Assembly (NCBI GenBank): GCA_965221905.1
Contig: OZ244922.1
Location: 3,296,001 to 3,360,000, forward strand
Direction of reading: 5' to 3'
DNA: 64,000 nucleotides
Source: Chloroflexota bacterium
GTDB taxonomy: Bacteria; Chloroflexota; UBA11872; VXOZ01
The notes under the pieces are model-generated. The model searched no databases and had not been told where the DNA came from. It saw nothing but the letters and a program-made list of their open reading frames with translations. This document shows positions 52,017 through 61,701 of the stretch, one piece after another (the first letter of the stretch is position 1; each line of letters opens with the position of its first letter). Made by a program: the position numbers and the translations under genes.

Positions 52017-52925
52017 TCAGTTATTATAAAAGTCCGCAATCTCGCGATTGGTCGTCGCCCAGCAACCGCCGGGCTTATCCAGCGCGTGGCGCAGCACGGC
52101 ATCTACCATGTCGCAATGGGGATCGCGCGCAGCAATATCCGATGGATGACAGCACAAGCTGAAAATCTGCTTGTTCGCGTGGGCGTGGTCCACGCCGGCC
52201 TTGATGAGATCGATGAATTCCCAGCGGTCCAGATCCATGTGCCGGAATGCCCAGATGGAGGTGATCCCCATGAGGGGGATTTCCAGCAGTCCGTTGGGAT
52301 AGCGGTACGGTTGCAGTTTATCCAGACTGGCGCGGAATGCCGCCTCAAGCACCTCCGTGGGCTGGTGCCGCACGAGTCTGTCTACGGGGTAGTGGTAATT
52401 GGCGGAGGCAAACCGAAAACCCTCGTCCTTTAGCACGTCCTGCACGTCCGGCACGTCGTCGAGTCCGCCCTCGAAGCCGCCCGGCGTGCGGAAGCCCTGT
52501 GCCTTGACGCCCAGCTTCTCTTCGATTGCGGCATTGGTCTGCCGGATTTCCTGTCGGATGACTTCCAACGGGGATAGGCCCTCAGCCCGCCAGGGAGCGG
52601 CGGCGTAGATTTCCTGCAACCCGGCGATATCCTTGGCCTTCACGTTCACATGGGTGTAGGTGTGGTTGTCGATGGCGTGACCGTCGTCGACGAGTTGCTT
52701 TAGGTAATCGATGTTCGGGTCTTCCAGCGCGCTGCCCACCAAGAAGAACTGGAGTTTGACCCCATAGCTCTTTGCGATCTCGCTCATCCTCCGCAGGTAG
52801 AGCTTGGTGTCTTCGTCGATGGCGCCCTTGCGGTGGTTCCACTTCGACGTCCAATAGGGAAAGTTGGGGGTCATCTCAATGTCGAACGTCAGACTGAGAG
52901 AGAATTCCGCGCCGTTTGGAAACAT
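52017..52925 (-). CDS. polysaccharide deacetylase family protein, copy 1
   Basis: LTFDIE, NHTYTH, FRTPGG, HP. Confidence 0.8.
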   Translation of the reverse strand: MFPNGAEFSLSLTFDIEMTPNFPYWTSKWNHRKGAIDEDTKLYLRRMSEIAKSYGVKLQFFLVGSALEDPNIDYLKQLVDDGHAIDNHTYTHVNVKAKDIAGLQEIYAAAPWRAEGLSPLEVIRQEIRQTNAAIEEKLGVKAQGFRTPGGFEGGLDDVPDVQDVLKDEGFRFASANYHYPVDRLVRHQPTEVLEAAFRASLDKLQPYRYPNGLLEIPLMGITSIWAFRHMDLDRWEFIDLIKAGVDHAHANKQIFSLCCHPSDIAARDPHCDMVDAVLRHALDKPGGCWATTNREIADFYNN

Positions 52926-53002
52926 GTGTACGTCCTTTTATGTTGGATTACTTAGCGCGTAGGACAAGCGGCTATCGTTATAGGTTCTTGATCGGCCATG
53001 CG

Positions 53003-53911
53003 TTAGTTAAGCGAATGCGCTACTATCTCCCGGTTTGTCGTAATCCAGCAGCCGCCGGGCTTTTCCAAGGCGTAGCGCAGCACGCCGTCGAGCATGTCGC
53101 AGTGCGGATCGCGGACGGCGAGCACCGGCGGATGGAAGCAAAGGCTCAATACTTGCTGGTTGGCGTGGGCATGGTCGATGCCGCGCTTGAGCACGTCGAT
53201 GAACTCCCATCGGTCAAGGTCCAGCACGCGAAACGCCCAAATATCCGTAATGCCCGCCAGCGCCAGCTCCGGCAGTCCATTGGGATAGCGGTACGGCTGC
53301 AGGGTGTCGATACTCGTCTCCATCGCCTGACGCAACGTCTCCGCCGAAGGACGCTTCTTCTCAATGTCTACGGGAAAGTAGTACCGCGCCGAGGCATACT
53401 GCATGCCCTCGTCGCTCAGCAGCTCTTGCACTGCCGGCACATCCTCCAACCCGTTGTTGAACCCGCCGGGAGTGCGAAAGCCGGTGGGCGCAACGCCGAG
53501 CTTTTCGGTAATCGCCGACGACGTCTGCTGCACCTCGCGTCGGATGCAATCCAAAGCATTGAGACCGGCGGCTCGCCACGGCGCATCGGCGTACACTGGC
53601 TGTAGCTGCGGTATGTCTTGCGCCTTCACGTTCACGTGGTGGTAGGTGTGGTTGTCCACCGCGTGGCCTTCCGCCGCCATGCGCTTGAGATAGTCGATGT
53701 TTGGGTCTTCTAAAGCGCTGCCCACCAGGAAGAACTGGAGCTTCACCCCGTACTTCTCCGCCACGTCCAGCATTTTGCCCATATAGAGCTTGCTGTCCTC
53801 ATCGATGGCCCCTTTCCGATGGTTCCATTGGGAAGTCCAATACGGAAAGTTGGTGCACATCTCGACGTCGAACGTCAGACTAAGGGCGAAATCCGCGCCA
53901 TTCGGGTACAT
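53003..53911 (-). CDS. polysaccharide deacetylase family protein, copy 2
   Basis: Same motifs and same 302-aa length as copy 1. Confidence 0.8.
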   Translation of the reverse strand: MYPNGADFALSLTFDVEMCTNFPYWTSQWNHRKGAIDEDSKLYMGKMLDVAEKYGVKLQFFLVGSALEDPNIDYLKRMAAEGHAVDNHTYHHVNVKAQDIPQLQPVYADAPWRAAGLNALDCIRREVQQTSSAITEKLGVAPTGFRTPGGFNNGLEDVPAVQELLSDEGMQYASARYYFPVDIEKKRPSAETLRQAMETSIDTLQPYRYPNGLPELALAGITDIWAFRVLDLDRWEFIDVLKRGIDHAHANQQVLSLCFHPPVLAVRDPHCDMLDGVLRYALEKPGGCWITTNREIVAHSLN

Positions 53912-54074
53912 ACGTCCTCTCCTATGCTACGGAATATAAGCTGGGTGCAGGCTGTTATGCAAACTATTCAGCTAAGTCCGGCCGTGGTGTTTAGGCATCT
54001 ACGCGGGTATAGGCGCTATCAATGCGGGGCAAGGAATAGTGAAGAACGGAAAAACTGTTCGCAAGGCCTGTCTG

Positions 54075-54407
54075 TTACGGGAATAGCTTCAGAATCACAA
54101 TTATCAAGCCGGATGCAGCAATAATCATCGTGCCCAGCCGAATCGTCATGCGTAGTTCTAATTCACGCAACTTGGCTTCGGTTGACTGCTCAAGGGCTTG
54201 CAGATCCGCTTTGGTCGCCAGTTCGTTGATTGCATGCTCAAGGGCTAGAAAACCTGCACTGGTCTGCTGTCCAAGAGCTTCCAGGTCCCCCTTGCTCGCG
54301 ACGGCGTCGTGGGCCTCGCCAACCGTCTCAATCAGGGTCTCGGCTTGCGCTTCGTCAAACCCCACACCCATCAATGCCTTTACGGCCTTGTGCGTGTCAA
54401 CGCTCAT
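54075..54407 (-). CDS. DUF1640/CCDC90-like coiled-coil TM protein
   Basis: DTHKAVKAL..GF..AQAE, LATKADL, LELRMTIRLG followed by TM. Confidence 0.8.
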   Translation of the reverse strand: MSVDTHKAVKALMGVGFDEAQAETLIETVGEAHDAVASKGDLEALGQQTSAGFLALEHAINELATKADLQALEQSTEAKLRELELRMTIRLGTMIIAASGLIIVILKLFP

Positions 54408-54561
54408 GCCTATTCACTTTCAACGCTTGTCCGAACCTTACCGAATCGCCTGCCAAAGACCGAATTGCGGCAGACACTTTGCGCTGCAACCGTGTGTGTC
54501 CATTATACTCACCAATCTGGAAACACGTGAGTCCTCTGGGTGCGCTACATCAGAATGAACA

Positions 54562-54822
54562 CTATCGCGACTCAAGGATAAACTTGATGGCGGTGCGCTC
54601 GCCGTTCGCCACGGTGACCTCGATGAATGCCGGGATGCAGACGAGGTCAATTCCGCTGGGCGCCAGATAGCCACGCGCAATGACGACTGACTTAACGGCC
54701 TGATTCACAGCTCCCGCCCCGATAGCTTGGACCTCGGCCCGTCCGGATTCCCGCACGACTCCTGCTATTGCGCCGGCCACGGCTGTCGGCTTGGATTGTG
54801 AAGCTACTTTTAGAATCTCCAT
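54562..54822 (-). CDS. spoVS: SpoVS family protein
   Basis: MEILKV..VAGAIAG..AIGAGAVNQAVK..IPAF. Confidence 0.95.
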   Translation of the reverse strand: MEILKVASQSKPTAVAGAIAGVVRESGRAEVQAIGAGAVNQAVKSVVIARGYLAPSGIDLVCIPAFIEVTVANGERTAIKFILESR

Positions 54823-55002
54823 CTGCTCCCCTCCAGCTCCGTTGTTGAGTGCAACGATAGTCGTTCAGGTGGGCCACAGCAAGCATTCTATAAACGCCTA
54901 GCCTCTTCTCGCTCTCCCAGAGCACTGCATCTGCAACTCGATATATGGCACGCATCGGGCCGGATTGCCTCCTCACCGGCAAAATGCGCCGTTCCCCCCA
55001 TG

Positions 55003-56532
55003 TTACTTTGCAAAGCCGACGACACGTGTCTCCCGAATCAGCGTGACCTTGACTTGGCCTGGGTAGTCGAGTGTTTCCTCGATTTGCTTACAGATGTCAC
55101 GCGAGAGGCGTACGGCGCCTAGCTCGTCAATCTCATCGGGACGCACCATGATGCGAACTTCACGTCCCGCCTGGATCGCATATGACTTCTCAACACCGGA
55201 GAATGAATTGGCCACGGACTCAAGAGCACGCAGGCGCTGCATATAGCGCTCGATCGAATCCCGGCGCGCGCCCGGTCGCGAGGCAGAGATGGCGTCTGCC
55301 GCGGAAACGATGAACGCCTCCACCGTGCGCGGTTCTTCATCATTGTGGTGGGCGGCGATGGCATGAATGACTTTGGGTGACTGGCTATACCGGCGCACCA
55401 TTTCCGCTCCCACGAGCGCGTGGGGGCCTTCCATGTCGGCGTCAACCGCCTTACCCACGTCGTGCAGCAAGCCGGCGCGCCGGGCGACATTCACGTCGGC
55501 GCCGATTTCAGAAGCCATGCTGGCTGCCAATTGCGCCACCTCGACACTGTGCGACAGCACGTTCTGGCCGTAGCTGGAACGGTAGCGGAGCCGTCCGATA
55601 AGGCGGATCAGCTCAGCGGGCAAGCCGCGAACCTGCGCCATGTCTGCCGCCTGCTCGCCCTCCTCCCAGATAGTATCTTCGACCTCCTTATCGGCCTTGC
55701 CCACCATCTCTTCGATGCGCGCAGGGTGGATACGCCCATCCTGGATGAGCCGGGTCAGGGCCAGGCGCGCCACTTCTCGCCGCACCGGGTCATGGGCGGA
55801 GAGCACCACCGCCTCCGGGGTATCGTCGATGATAAGGTCCACGCCGGTGAGAAGCTCCAAAGCGCGGATATTGCGCCCTTCACGGCCGATGATGCGGCCC
55901 TTCATCTCCTCATTTGGCAAGGTGACGACGGAGACCGTCGTCTCGACGGTATGGTCGGCGGCCAGCCGCTGGATTGCCGTCGCGATCACCCGGCGCGCGC
56001 TGCGCTCCGACTCCTCGCGCGCCGACGCTTCGAGCTGCTTGATCATACGGGTGCACTCTTTGCGCACCTCCTCTTCAATGCTCTTCGTGAGCACCACTTT
56101 GGCCTCATCGGCCGTCATCTGAGCGATGCGCTCAAGTTCGCTGATCTGCTTCTGGCGCAGTTCGCTCACTACGTCTCGCTCGCGCTCTACCCGCTTTTCG
56201 AAATCACCAAGTTTCTTTTCGCGGCGCTCGGCCTGCGTCGTGCGTTGCTCTAGCGTCTCCTCGCGTTGCTGCAGGCGGCGCTCCGAGCGGGTGAGATCGC
56301 CGCGCCAACGGCCAATCTCTTCTTCCGCTTTGGTCTTAAGCTTGAGCGATTCATCCTTTGCCTCTACTACCAGTCGTTTACGTGTTGTCTCTGCATCCTC
56401 CATGAGCCTCTGTGCTTCAGCCGCCGCCGCCTGAGTATTCCGATGTTGGATCAACCGTTGTGACCAATAACCGACAACAAAAGCTCCAGGGATTAGGATA
56501 AGCAGAGGCACACCAAGCATCCATAGCTCCAT
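55003..56532 (-). CDS. rny: ribonuclease Y
   Basis: N-terminal TM, coiled coil, KH (KGRIIGREGRNIR), HD (LLHDVGK). Confidence 0.97.
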   Translation of the reverse strand: MELWMLGVPLLILIPGAFVVGYWSQRLIQHRNTQAAAAEAQRLMEDAETTRKRLVVEAKDESLKLKTKAEEEIGRWRGDLTRSERRLQQREETLEQRTTQAERREKKLGDFEKRVERERDVVSELRQKQISELERIAQMTADEAKVVLTKSIEEEVRKECTRMIKQLEASAREESERSARRVIATAIQRLAADHTVETTVSVVTLPNEEMKGRIIGREGRNIRALELLTGVDLIIDDTPEAVVLSAHDPVRREVARLALTRLIQDGRIHPARIEEMVGKADKEVEDTIWEEGEQAADMAQVRGLPAELIRLIGRLRYRSSYGQNVLSHSVEVAQLAASMASEIGADVNVARRAGLLHDVGKAVDADMEGPHALVGAEMVRRYSQSPKVIHAIAAHHNDEEPRTVEAFIVSAADAISASRPGARRDSIERYMQRLRALESVANSFSGVEKSYAIQAGREVRIMVRPDEIDELGAVRLSRDICKQIEETLDYPGQVKVTLIRETRVVGFAK

Positions 56533-56656
56533 GCCTTTTGCCTTCCATTCCGCGATTACATGCAATCAAGTGAAACATCTCTATCACCAAACTGGCACTT
56601 ATGCCTTAATTTCGGATGAGTGCGTACCGCTAGAGTACGTCCACTCGTCCACACTA

Positions 56657-56685
56657 ACGGTACTAATTTGCCGTTCCGCTGTCAA
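56657..56685 (-). promoter_or_regulatory. promoter TTGACA-17-TACCGT upstream of rny; homologous copies at 58292-58320, 59929-59957 and 61574-61602
   Basis: Perfect -35, 17-bp spacer, conserved surrounding sequence in four intergenic regions. Confidence 0.65.
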
Positions 56686-56768
56686 CGCGCTGACAGCAGA
56701 TCGAACGACGAATACACGTGGAAGGCAACGGGCGGGGAAGGGTCGCAGCGCAGGAAGACACCTTAAGC

Positions 56769-56805
56769 AAAAGGACTGGGCGAATTGTGTAACCCGCCCA
56801 GTCCT
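56769..56805 (-). terminator. intrinsic terminator after SBP copy 1
   Basis: AGGACTGGGCG/CGCCCAGTCCT stem with T-tract on the minus strand. Confidence 0.8.
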
Positions 56806-56837
56806 GTCGCTTTAACTTGAAGCAAATTGAGGAGGCG

Positions 56838-58217
56838 TTAGGTGCCCAAATCCTCCAAAACGCCGTTGAGCAGTTTCGCGGCCTCAGGAAGGGCCTCCTG
56901 CACGGTGAGTTCCTGCTTGTTCAGGGCTTCCCACACCGGCTTGGTCGCCTCGTTGCCCGCGAACGTGTGGACCCAGGGGTACGGACCGGAATTGTCGGCG
57001 ATTATCTCCAGGTCCTTCAGCACCGGCCGCTCGTCAGTGCGCGCCTTCCAGGCTTCGCTCTGGTAGAACTCCTTGCGCCCGGCGTTGCGGGACAGGATGC
57101 CGGCGAAGTACTTCTCCAAGGTGGCCTCGCTATTGACCCAACTCATCCAGCTCCACGCCAATTCGGGGTCCGGGGAGACACTGAAGAGGCTCCACTGGTT
57201 CGTCCAGGTCATGCTACCCGGCGTCGCGCCGTCGGGACCCTTGGGTAAGGGCGCAAAGTCAAACTCAAGGGTTTCATTTTTGCCGAAGATGATGCCGACA
57301 TTATAGGAACCCTGTTGGGAAATGACGACTTGCTCGTTGACGAAGGTCGCGCCTTCCGGCAAGGGGTCGAACTTGTGCTTTATTTTCAAGTCTTCCTTGA
57401 ACTGTCCTGCGGCAATGCCCTGTGGGGAATCGAAGGCCGCTGCCGAATTGTCCTCAGTATACAGGGTACCGCCGTTGGGATAGATCCACCGCCCAATGCC
57501 AGTCAGGCTGAAGCCGGTGGTGCGATAGCCCATGCGCGTAATATTCTCTCCATCCACCTCGTGCACCTTCTGCGCATATTCCAGGAACTGGTCCCAGTCC
57601 CAATTCCAGGTAACTTCGCGCGATGTATCGAGGCCCGCGTCCGTCAGCAGGCGCGTGTTGAGCCCAAGCAAGGTGGTTGAGGGGCCGTCGTACGGGATGC
57701 CATAGGTCATGCCGTTGTGCTGGTTGAAGAAGCGGCCGGAATCCACGAACTTGTCCGGCGCTGTATCAGGATCCTTGGCCTGGAACGGGTCGAGCGGCTG
57801 CAGAAAGTCTTTCAGCAACCAGTTGAGGATAAAGGCTACCGAAACCTGCGAAGAGTCTACCTGTTCGCCGGCAGCAATTATCGCAGTGACTCTATCCTGC
57901 ACATTCGTGCCTTTTACGAAGACGTACTCAATGGTCGTGCCGGGATTGAGATCCTCGAAATCGGCCTTGATGCCAGTGAAGTACTCATCCAACGTCGGCG
58001 AGCCGCCAGGAACCCACCAGTCGGTGTGCACGAGCTTGCGTGCCTCCACCGGCTGATCCTTCATTTCGGCCTTGGGGGCTTCTTCCTTGGCCTCCATCTC
58101 GCCTTCGCCCTCCATGGCGCCGGTCTGCGCGCCGCAGGCTGCCAGCAATACGCCGCCGCCTGCTATGCCTCCCCAGCCGAGGAGAGAGCGTCGACTTAGT
58201 CGTCCTGTGCTTCTCAT
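56838..58217 (-). CDS. ABC solute-binding Tat lipoprotein, tandem copy 1
   Basis: LSRRSLL, LAAC lipobox, family 1 SBP motifs. AGGAGG RBS. Confidence 0.88.
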   Translation of the reverse strand: MRSTGRLSRRSLLGWGGIAGGGVLLAACGAQTGAMEGEGEMEAKEEAPKAEMKDQPVEARKLVHTDWWVPGGSPTLDEYFTGIKADFEDLNPGTTIEYVFVKGTNVQDRVTAIIAAGEQVDSSQVSVAFILNWLLKDFLQPLDPFQAKDPDTAPDKFVDSGRFFNQHNGMTYGIPYDGPSTTLLGLNTRLLTDAGLDTSREVTWNWDWDQFLEYAQKVHEVDGENITRMGYRTTGFSLTGIGRWIYPNGGTLYTEDNSAAAFDSPQGIAAGQFKEDLKIKHKFDPLPEGATFVNEQVVISQQGSYNVGIIFGKNETLEFDFAPLPKGPDGATPGSMTWTNQWSLFSVSPDPELAWSWMSWVNSEATLEKYFAGILSRNAGRKEFYQSEAWKARTDERPVLKDLEIIADNSGPYPWVHTFAGNEATKPVWEALNKQELTVQEALPEAAKLLNGVLEDLGT

Positions 58218-58410
58218 GGTATGAACCCTCCTGAGCACTACCAATCCACCTTCTCTCGGCACGTTCAATACAGAACGAAACCGCTGCCCTAACGGTACTA
58301 AGTTGCCGTATTGCTGTCAACAAGCTGACAAGACTCTGCTTTGCGATGGTTCTTAACATGAAGTACCACTCTCCCCTTCGAGAGCATGTAGGGCGCGGTC
58401 GTAGCAAAAG

Positions 58411-58444
58411 AAAACTGGGCGGGTTTTGCAACCCGCCCAGTTTT
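58411..58444 (-). terminator. intrinsic terminator after SBP copy 2
   Basis: AAAACTGGGCGGGTT/AACCCGCCCAGTTTT. Confidence 0.85.
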
Positions 58445-58479
58445 TATCGCTGTACTAAAGAGCAGAGGAATGAGCTTGC

Positions 58480-59853
58480 TTAGGTGCCCAACTCCTCCAA
58501 AACGCCATTGAGCAGCTCCGCGGCCTGCGGGAAGGCCTCTTGCACGGTGAGTTCCTGGTTATTCAGGGCATCCCACACCGGCTTGGTGGCTTCGTTGCCT
58601 GCGGATGTGTGGAGCCACGGGTACGGGCCGGAATTGTCAGCGATCACCTCCAGGTCCTTCAGCACCGGCCGCTCGTCAGTGCGCGCCTTCCAAGCTTCGC
58701 TCTCGTAGAATTCCTTGCGCCCGGCATTGCGGGAGAGGATACCGGCGAAGTACTTCTCCAAGGTGGCCTCGCTATTGACCCAACTCATCCAGCTCCACGC
58801 CAGTTCGGGGTCCGGGGAGACACTGAAGAGGCACCACTGGTTCGTCCAGGTCATGCTACCCGGCGTCGCGCCGTCGGGACCCTTGGGTAAGGGCGCAAAG
58901 TCAAACTCAAGGGTCTCATTGTTGCCGAAGATGTAGCCGACACTCCAGGAACCCTGTTGGGACATGACGACTTGCTCGTTGACGAAGGTCGCGCCTTCCG
59001 GCAAGGGGTCGAACTTGTGCTTTATTTTCAAGTCTTCCTTGAACTGTCCTGCGGCAATGCCCTGTGGGGAATCGAAGGCCGCTGCCGAATTGTCCGCAGT
59101 ATACAGGGTAGCGCCGTTGGGATAGAGCCACCGCCCAATGCCAGACAGGCTGAAGCCGCTGGTGCGATAGCCCATGCGCGTAATATTCTCTCCATCCGTC
59201 TCGTGCACCTTCTGCGCATATTCCAGGAACTGGTCCCATTCCCAATTCCAGGTGACTTCGCGATCGGTGTCGAGGCCGGCGTCCGTCAATATGCGCGTGT
59301 TAAGCCCCATCACAACGGTTGAGGGGCCGTCGTACGGGATGCCATAGGTCATGCCGTTGTGCTGGTTGAAGAAGCGACCGGAGTCCACGAACTTATCGGG
59401 CGCTGTATCGGGGTCCCTGGCCTGATACGGGTCCAGCGGCTGCAGGAAGTCTTTCAGTAGCCAGTCAAGGATGAACGCCACCGAGACCTGTGAAGTGTCA
59501 ACCTGTTCGCCAGCAGCAATCATCACGGTAACGTGTTCTCGTAACCCTCCCGTGCCTCGCACGTGGACCGTCTCGACGGTCACGCCGGGAGTGAGCTCCG
59601 CGAAGTCGCTCTTGATGCCGTCGAAGTATTCCTGCAATGTCGGCGCGTTGCCCGGACCCCACCAGTCGGTGTGCACGATGGTGCGCTCTTCGACCATCGC
59701 TTCCTTCGTCTCTGCCTTGGGCGCTTCCGCCTCGGCCTCGCCCTCGGTCATGGCGGCAGGCTGCGCGCCACAAGCCGCCAGCAGTACGCCGCCGCCTACT
59801 ACGCCTCCCCAGCCGAGGAGAGAGCGTCGACTTAGCCGTCCAGTACCTATCAT
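58480..59853 (-). CDS. ABC solute-binding Tat lipoprotein, tandem copy 2
   Basis: Paralog of copy 1. Confidence 0.88.
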   Translation of the reverse strand: MIGTGRLSRRSLLGWGGVVGGGVLLAACGAQPAAMTEGEAEAEAPKAETKEAMVEERTIVHTDWWGPGNAPTLQEYFDGIKSDFAELTPGVTVETVHVRGTGGLREHVTVMIAAGEQVDTSQVSVAFILDWLLKDFLQPLDPYQARDPDTAPDKFVDSGRFFNQHNGMTYGIPYDGPSTVVMGLNTRILTDAGLDTDREVTWNWEWDQFLEYAQKVHETDGENITRMGYRTSGFSLSGIGRWLYPNGATLYTADNSAAAFDSPQGIAAGQFKEDLKIKHKFDPLPEGATFVNEQVVMSQQGSWSVGYIFGNNETLEFDFAPLPKGPDGATPGSMTWTNQWCLFSVSPDPELAWSWMSWVNSEATLEKYFAGILSRNAGRKEFYESEAWKARTDERPVLKDLEVIADNSGPYPWLHTSAGNEATKPVWDALNNQELTVQEAFPQAAELLNGVLEELGT

Positions 59854-60047
59854 CGTATGAAACCTCCTGAGCACTACCTATCTACCTAACTCTCGGCACG
59901 TTCAAAGCAGAACAGAACCGTTGCCCTAACGGTACTAAGTTGCCGCTTTGCTGTCAATGGGCTGACCGTAGTTGTGCGGCAAGAGCTTCACTTGCTCGTT
60001 GATTGTCCTTCTTGAGAACGGTTCGTCGAGGAAGGCCGTGACACAAT

Positions 60048-60087
60048 AAAGAGACTGGGCGGGTTGTGCAACCCGCCCAGTCTCTTT
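60048..60087 (-). terminator. intrinsic terminator after SBP copy 3
   Basis: AAAGAGACTGGGCGGGTTG/CAACCCGCCCAGTCTCTTT. Confidence 0.85.
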
Positions 60088-60118
60088 TGCTTTGTTTGAA
60101 AGCAATATGGAAAAGAAG

Positions 60119-61498
60119 CTAGATGCCCAAATCCTCCAATACGCCGTTGAGCAGTTTCACGGCCTGCGGGAACGCCTCCTGCACGGTGAGTTCCTGGTTA
60201 TTCAGGGCGTCCCACACCGGCTTGGTGACTTCGTTGCCCTTGGCCGTGTGCACCCACGGGTACGGACCGGAATTGTCGGCGATCACCTCCAGGTCCTTCA
60301 GCACCGGGCGTTCTGCCACGCGTGCCAGCCAGGCCTCGCTCTGGTAGAACTCCTTGCGCCCGGCATTCCGGGAGAGGATTCCGGCGAAGTACTTCTCCAA
60401 GGTGGCCTCGCTATTGACCCAGCTCATCCAGCTCCACGCCAATTCGGGATCTGGAGAGACACTGAAGAGGCACCACTGGTTCGTCCAGGTCATGCTACCC
60501 GGCGTCGCGCCGTCGGGACCCTTGGGTAAGGGCGCAAAGTCAAACTCAAGGGTTTCATTGTTGCCGAAGATGTACCCGACTGCCCAGGAACCCTGTTGGG
60601 AAATGACGACTTGCTCGTTGACGAAGGTCGCGCCTTCCGGCAAGGGGTCGAACTTGTGCTTTATTTTCAAGTCTTCCTTGAACTGTCCTGCGGCAATGCC
60701 CTGTGGGGAATCGAAGGCCGCTGCCGAATTGTCCGCAGTATACAGGGTAGCGCCGTTGGGATAGAGCCACCGCCCAATGCCAGACAGGCTGAAGCCGCTG
60801 GTGCGATAGCCCATGCGCGTAATATTCTCTCCATCCGTCTCGTGCACCTTCTGCGCATATTCCAGGAACTGGTCCCATTCCCAATTCCAGGTGACTTCGC
60901 GATCGGTGTCGAGGCCGGCGTCCGTCAGCAGGCGCGTGTTAAGCCCCATCAAAACGGTTGCGGGGCCGTCGTACGGTATGCCGTAGGTCATGCCGTTGTG
61001 CTGGTTGAAGAAGCGGCCGGAGTCCACGAACTTATCGGGCGCTGTATCGGGGTCCCTGGCCTGATACGGGTCGAGCGGCTGCAGAAAGTCTTTCAGCAAC
61101 CAGTCGAGGATGAAGGCTACCGAGACCTGTGAAGAGTCTACTTGCTCGCCGGCGGCAATCATCACGGTAACATGCTCGCGCAACCCACCCGTGCCTCGCA
61201 CGTGGACCGAATCGACGGTCACGCCGGGGTTGAGCTCCATAAAGTCGCCCTTGATGCCGTCGAAGTACTCCTGAATGGTGGGCGCGCCACCGGGCCGCCA
61301 CCAGTCGGTGTGCACGATCTTGCGTGCCTCCACTGGTTGATCCTTCATCTCCGCCTTGGGGGCTGCCTCTTTCGCCTCCATCTCGCCTTCGCCGTCCATG
61401 GCGGGCGCCGCGCCGCAGGCTGCCAGCAACACGCCGCCGCCGACTACTCCTCCCCAGCCGAGGAGAGAGCGTCGACTTAGTTGTCCCTTGGTCTTCAT
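60119..61498 (-). CDS. ABC solute-binding Tat lipoprotein, tandem copy 3
   Basis: Paralog of copies 1 and 2. Confidence 0.88.
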   Translation of the reverse strand: MKTKGQLSRRSLLGWGGVVGGGVLLAACGAAPAMDGEGEMEAKEAAPKAEMKDQPVEARKIVHTDWWRPGGAPTIQEYFDGIKGDFMELNPGVTVDSVHVRGTGGLREHVTVMIAAGEQVDSSQVSVAFILDWLLKDFLQPLDPYQARDPDTAPDKFVDSGRFFNQHNGMTYGIPYDGPATVLMGLNTRLLTDAGLDTDREVTWNWEWDQFLEYAQKVHETDGENITRMGYRTSGFSLSGIGRWLYPNGATLYTADNSAAAFDSPQGIAAGQFKEDLKIKHKFDPLPEGATFVNEQVVISQQGSWAVGYIFGNNETLEFDFAPLPKGPDGATPGSMTWTNQWCLFSVSPDPELAWSWMSWVNSEATLEKYFAGILSRNAGRKEFYQSEAWLARVAERPVLKDLEVIADNSGPYPWVHTAKGNEVTKPVWDALNNQELTVQEAFPQAVKLLNGVLEDLGI

Positions 61499-61701
61499 CG
61501 CATGAAACCTCCTGAGCACTACCTATCTACCTAACTCTCGGCACGTTCAAAGTAGAACAGAACCGTTGCCCTAACGGTACTAAGTTGCCGCTTTGCTGTC
61601 AATGGGCTGACCGTAGTTTTAGGAACTATTGTTCACTTGCGCATTGATCGTCTTTCTTGAGAACGGTTCGTCGAGGAAGGCCGTGACACAATGAAGAGCC
61701 G

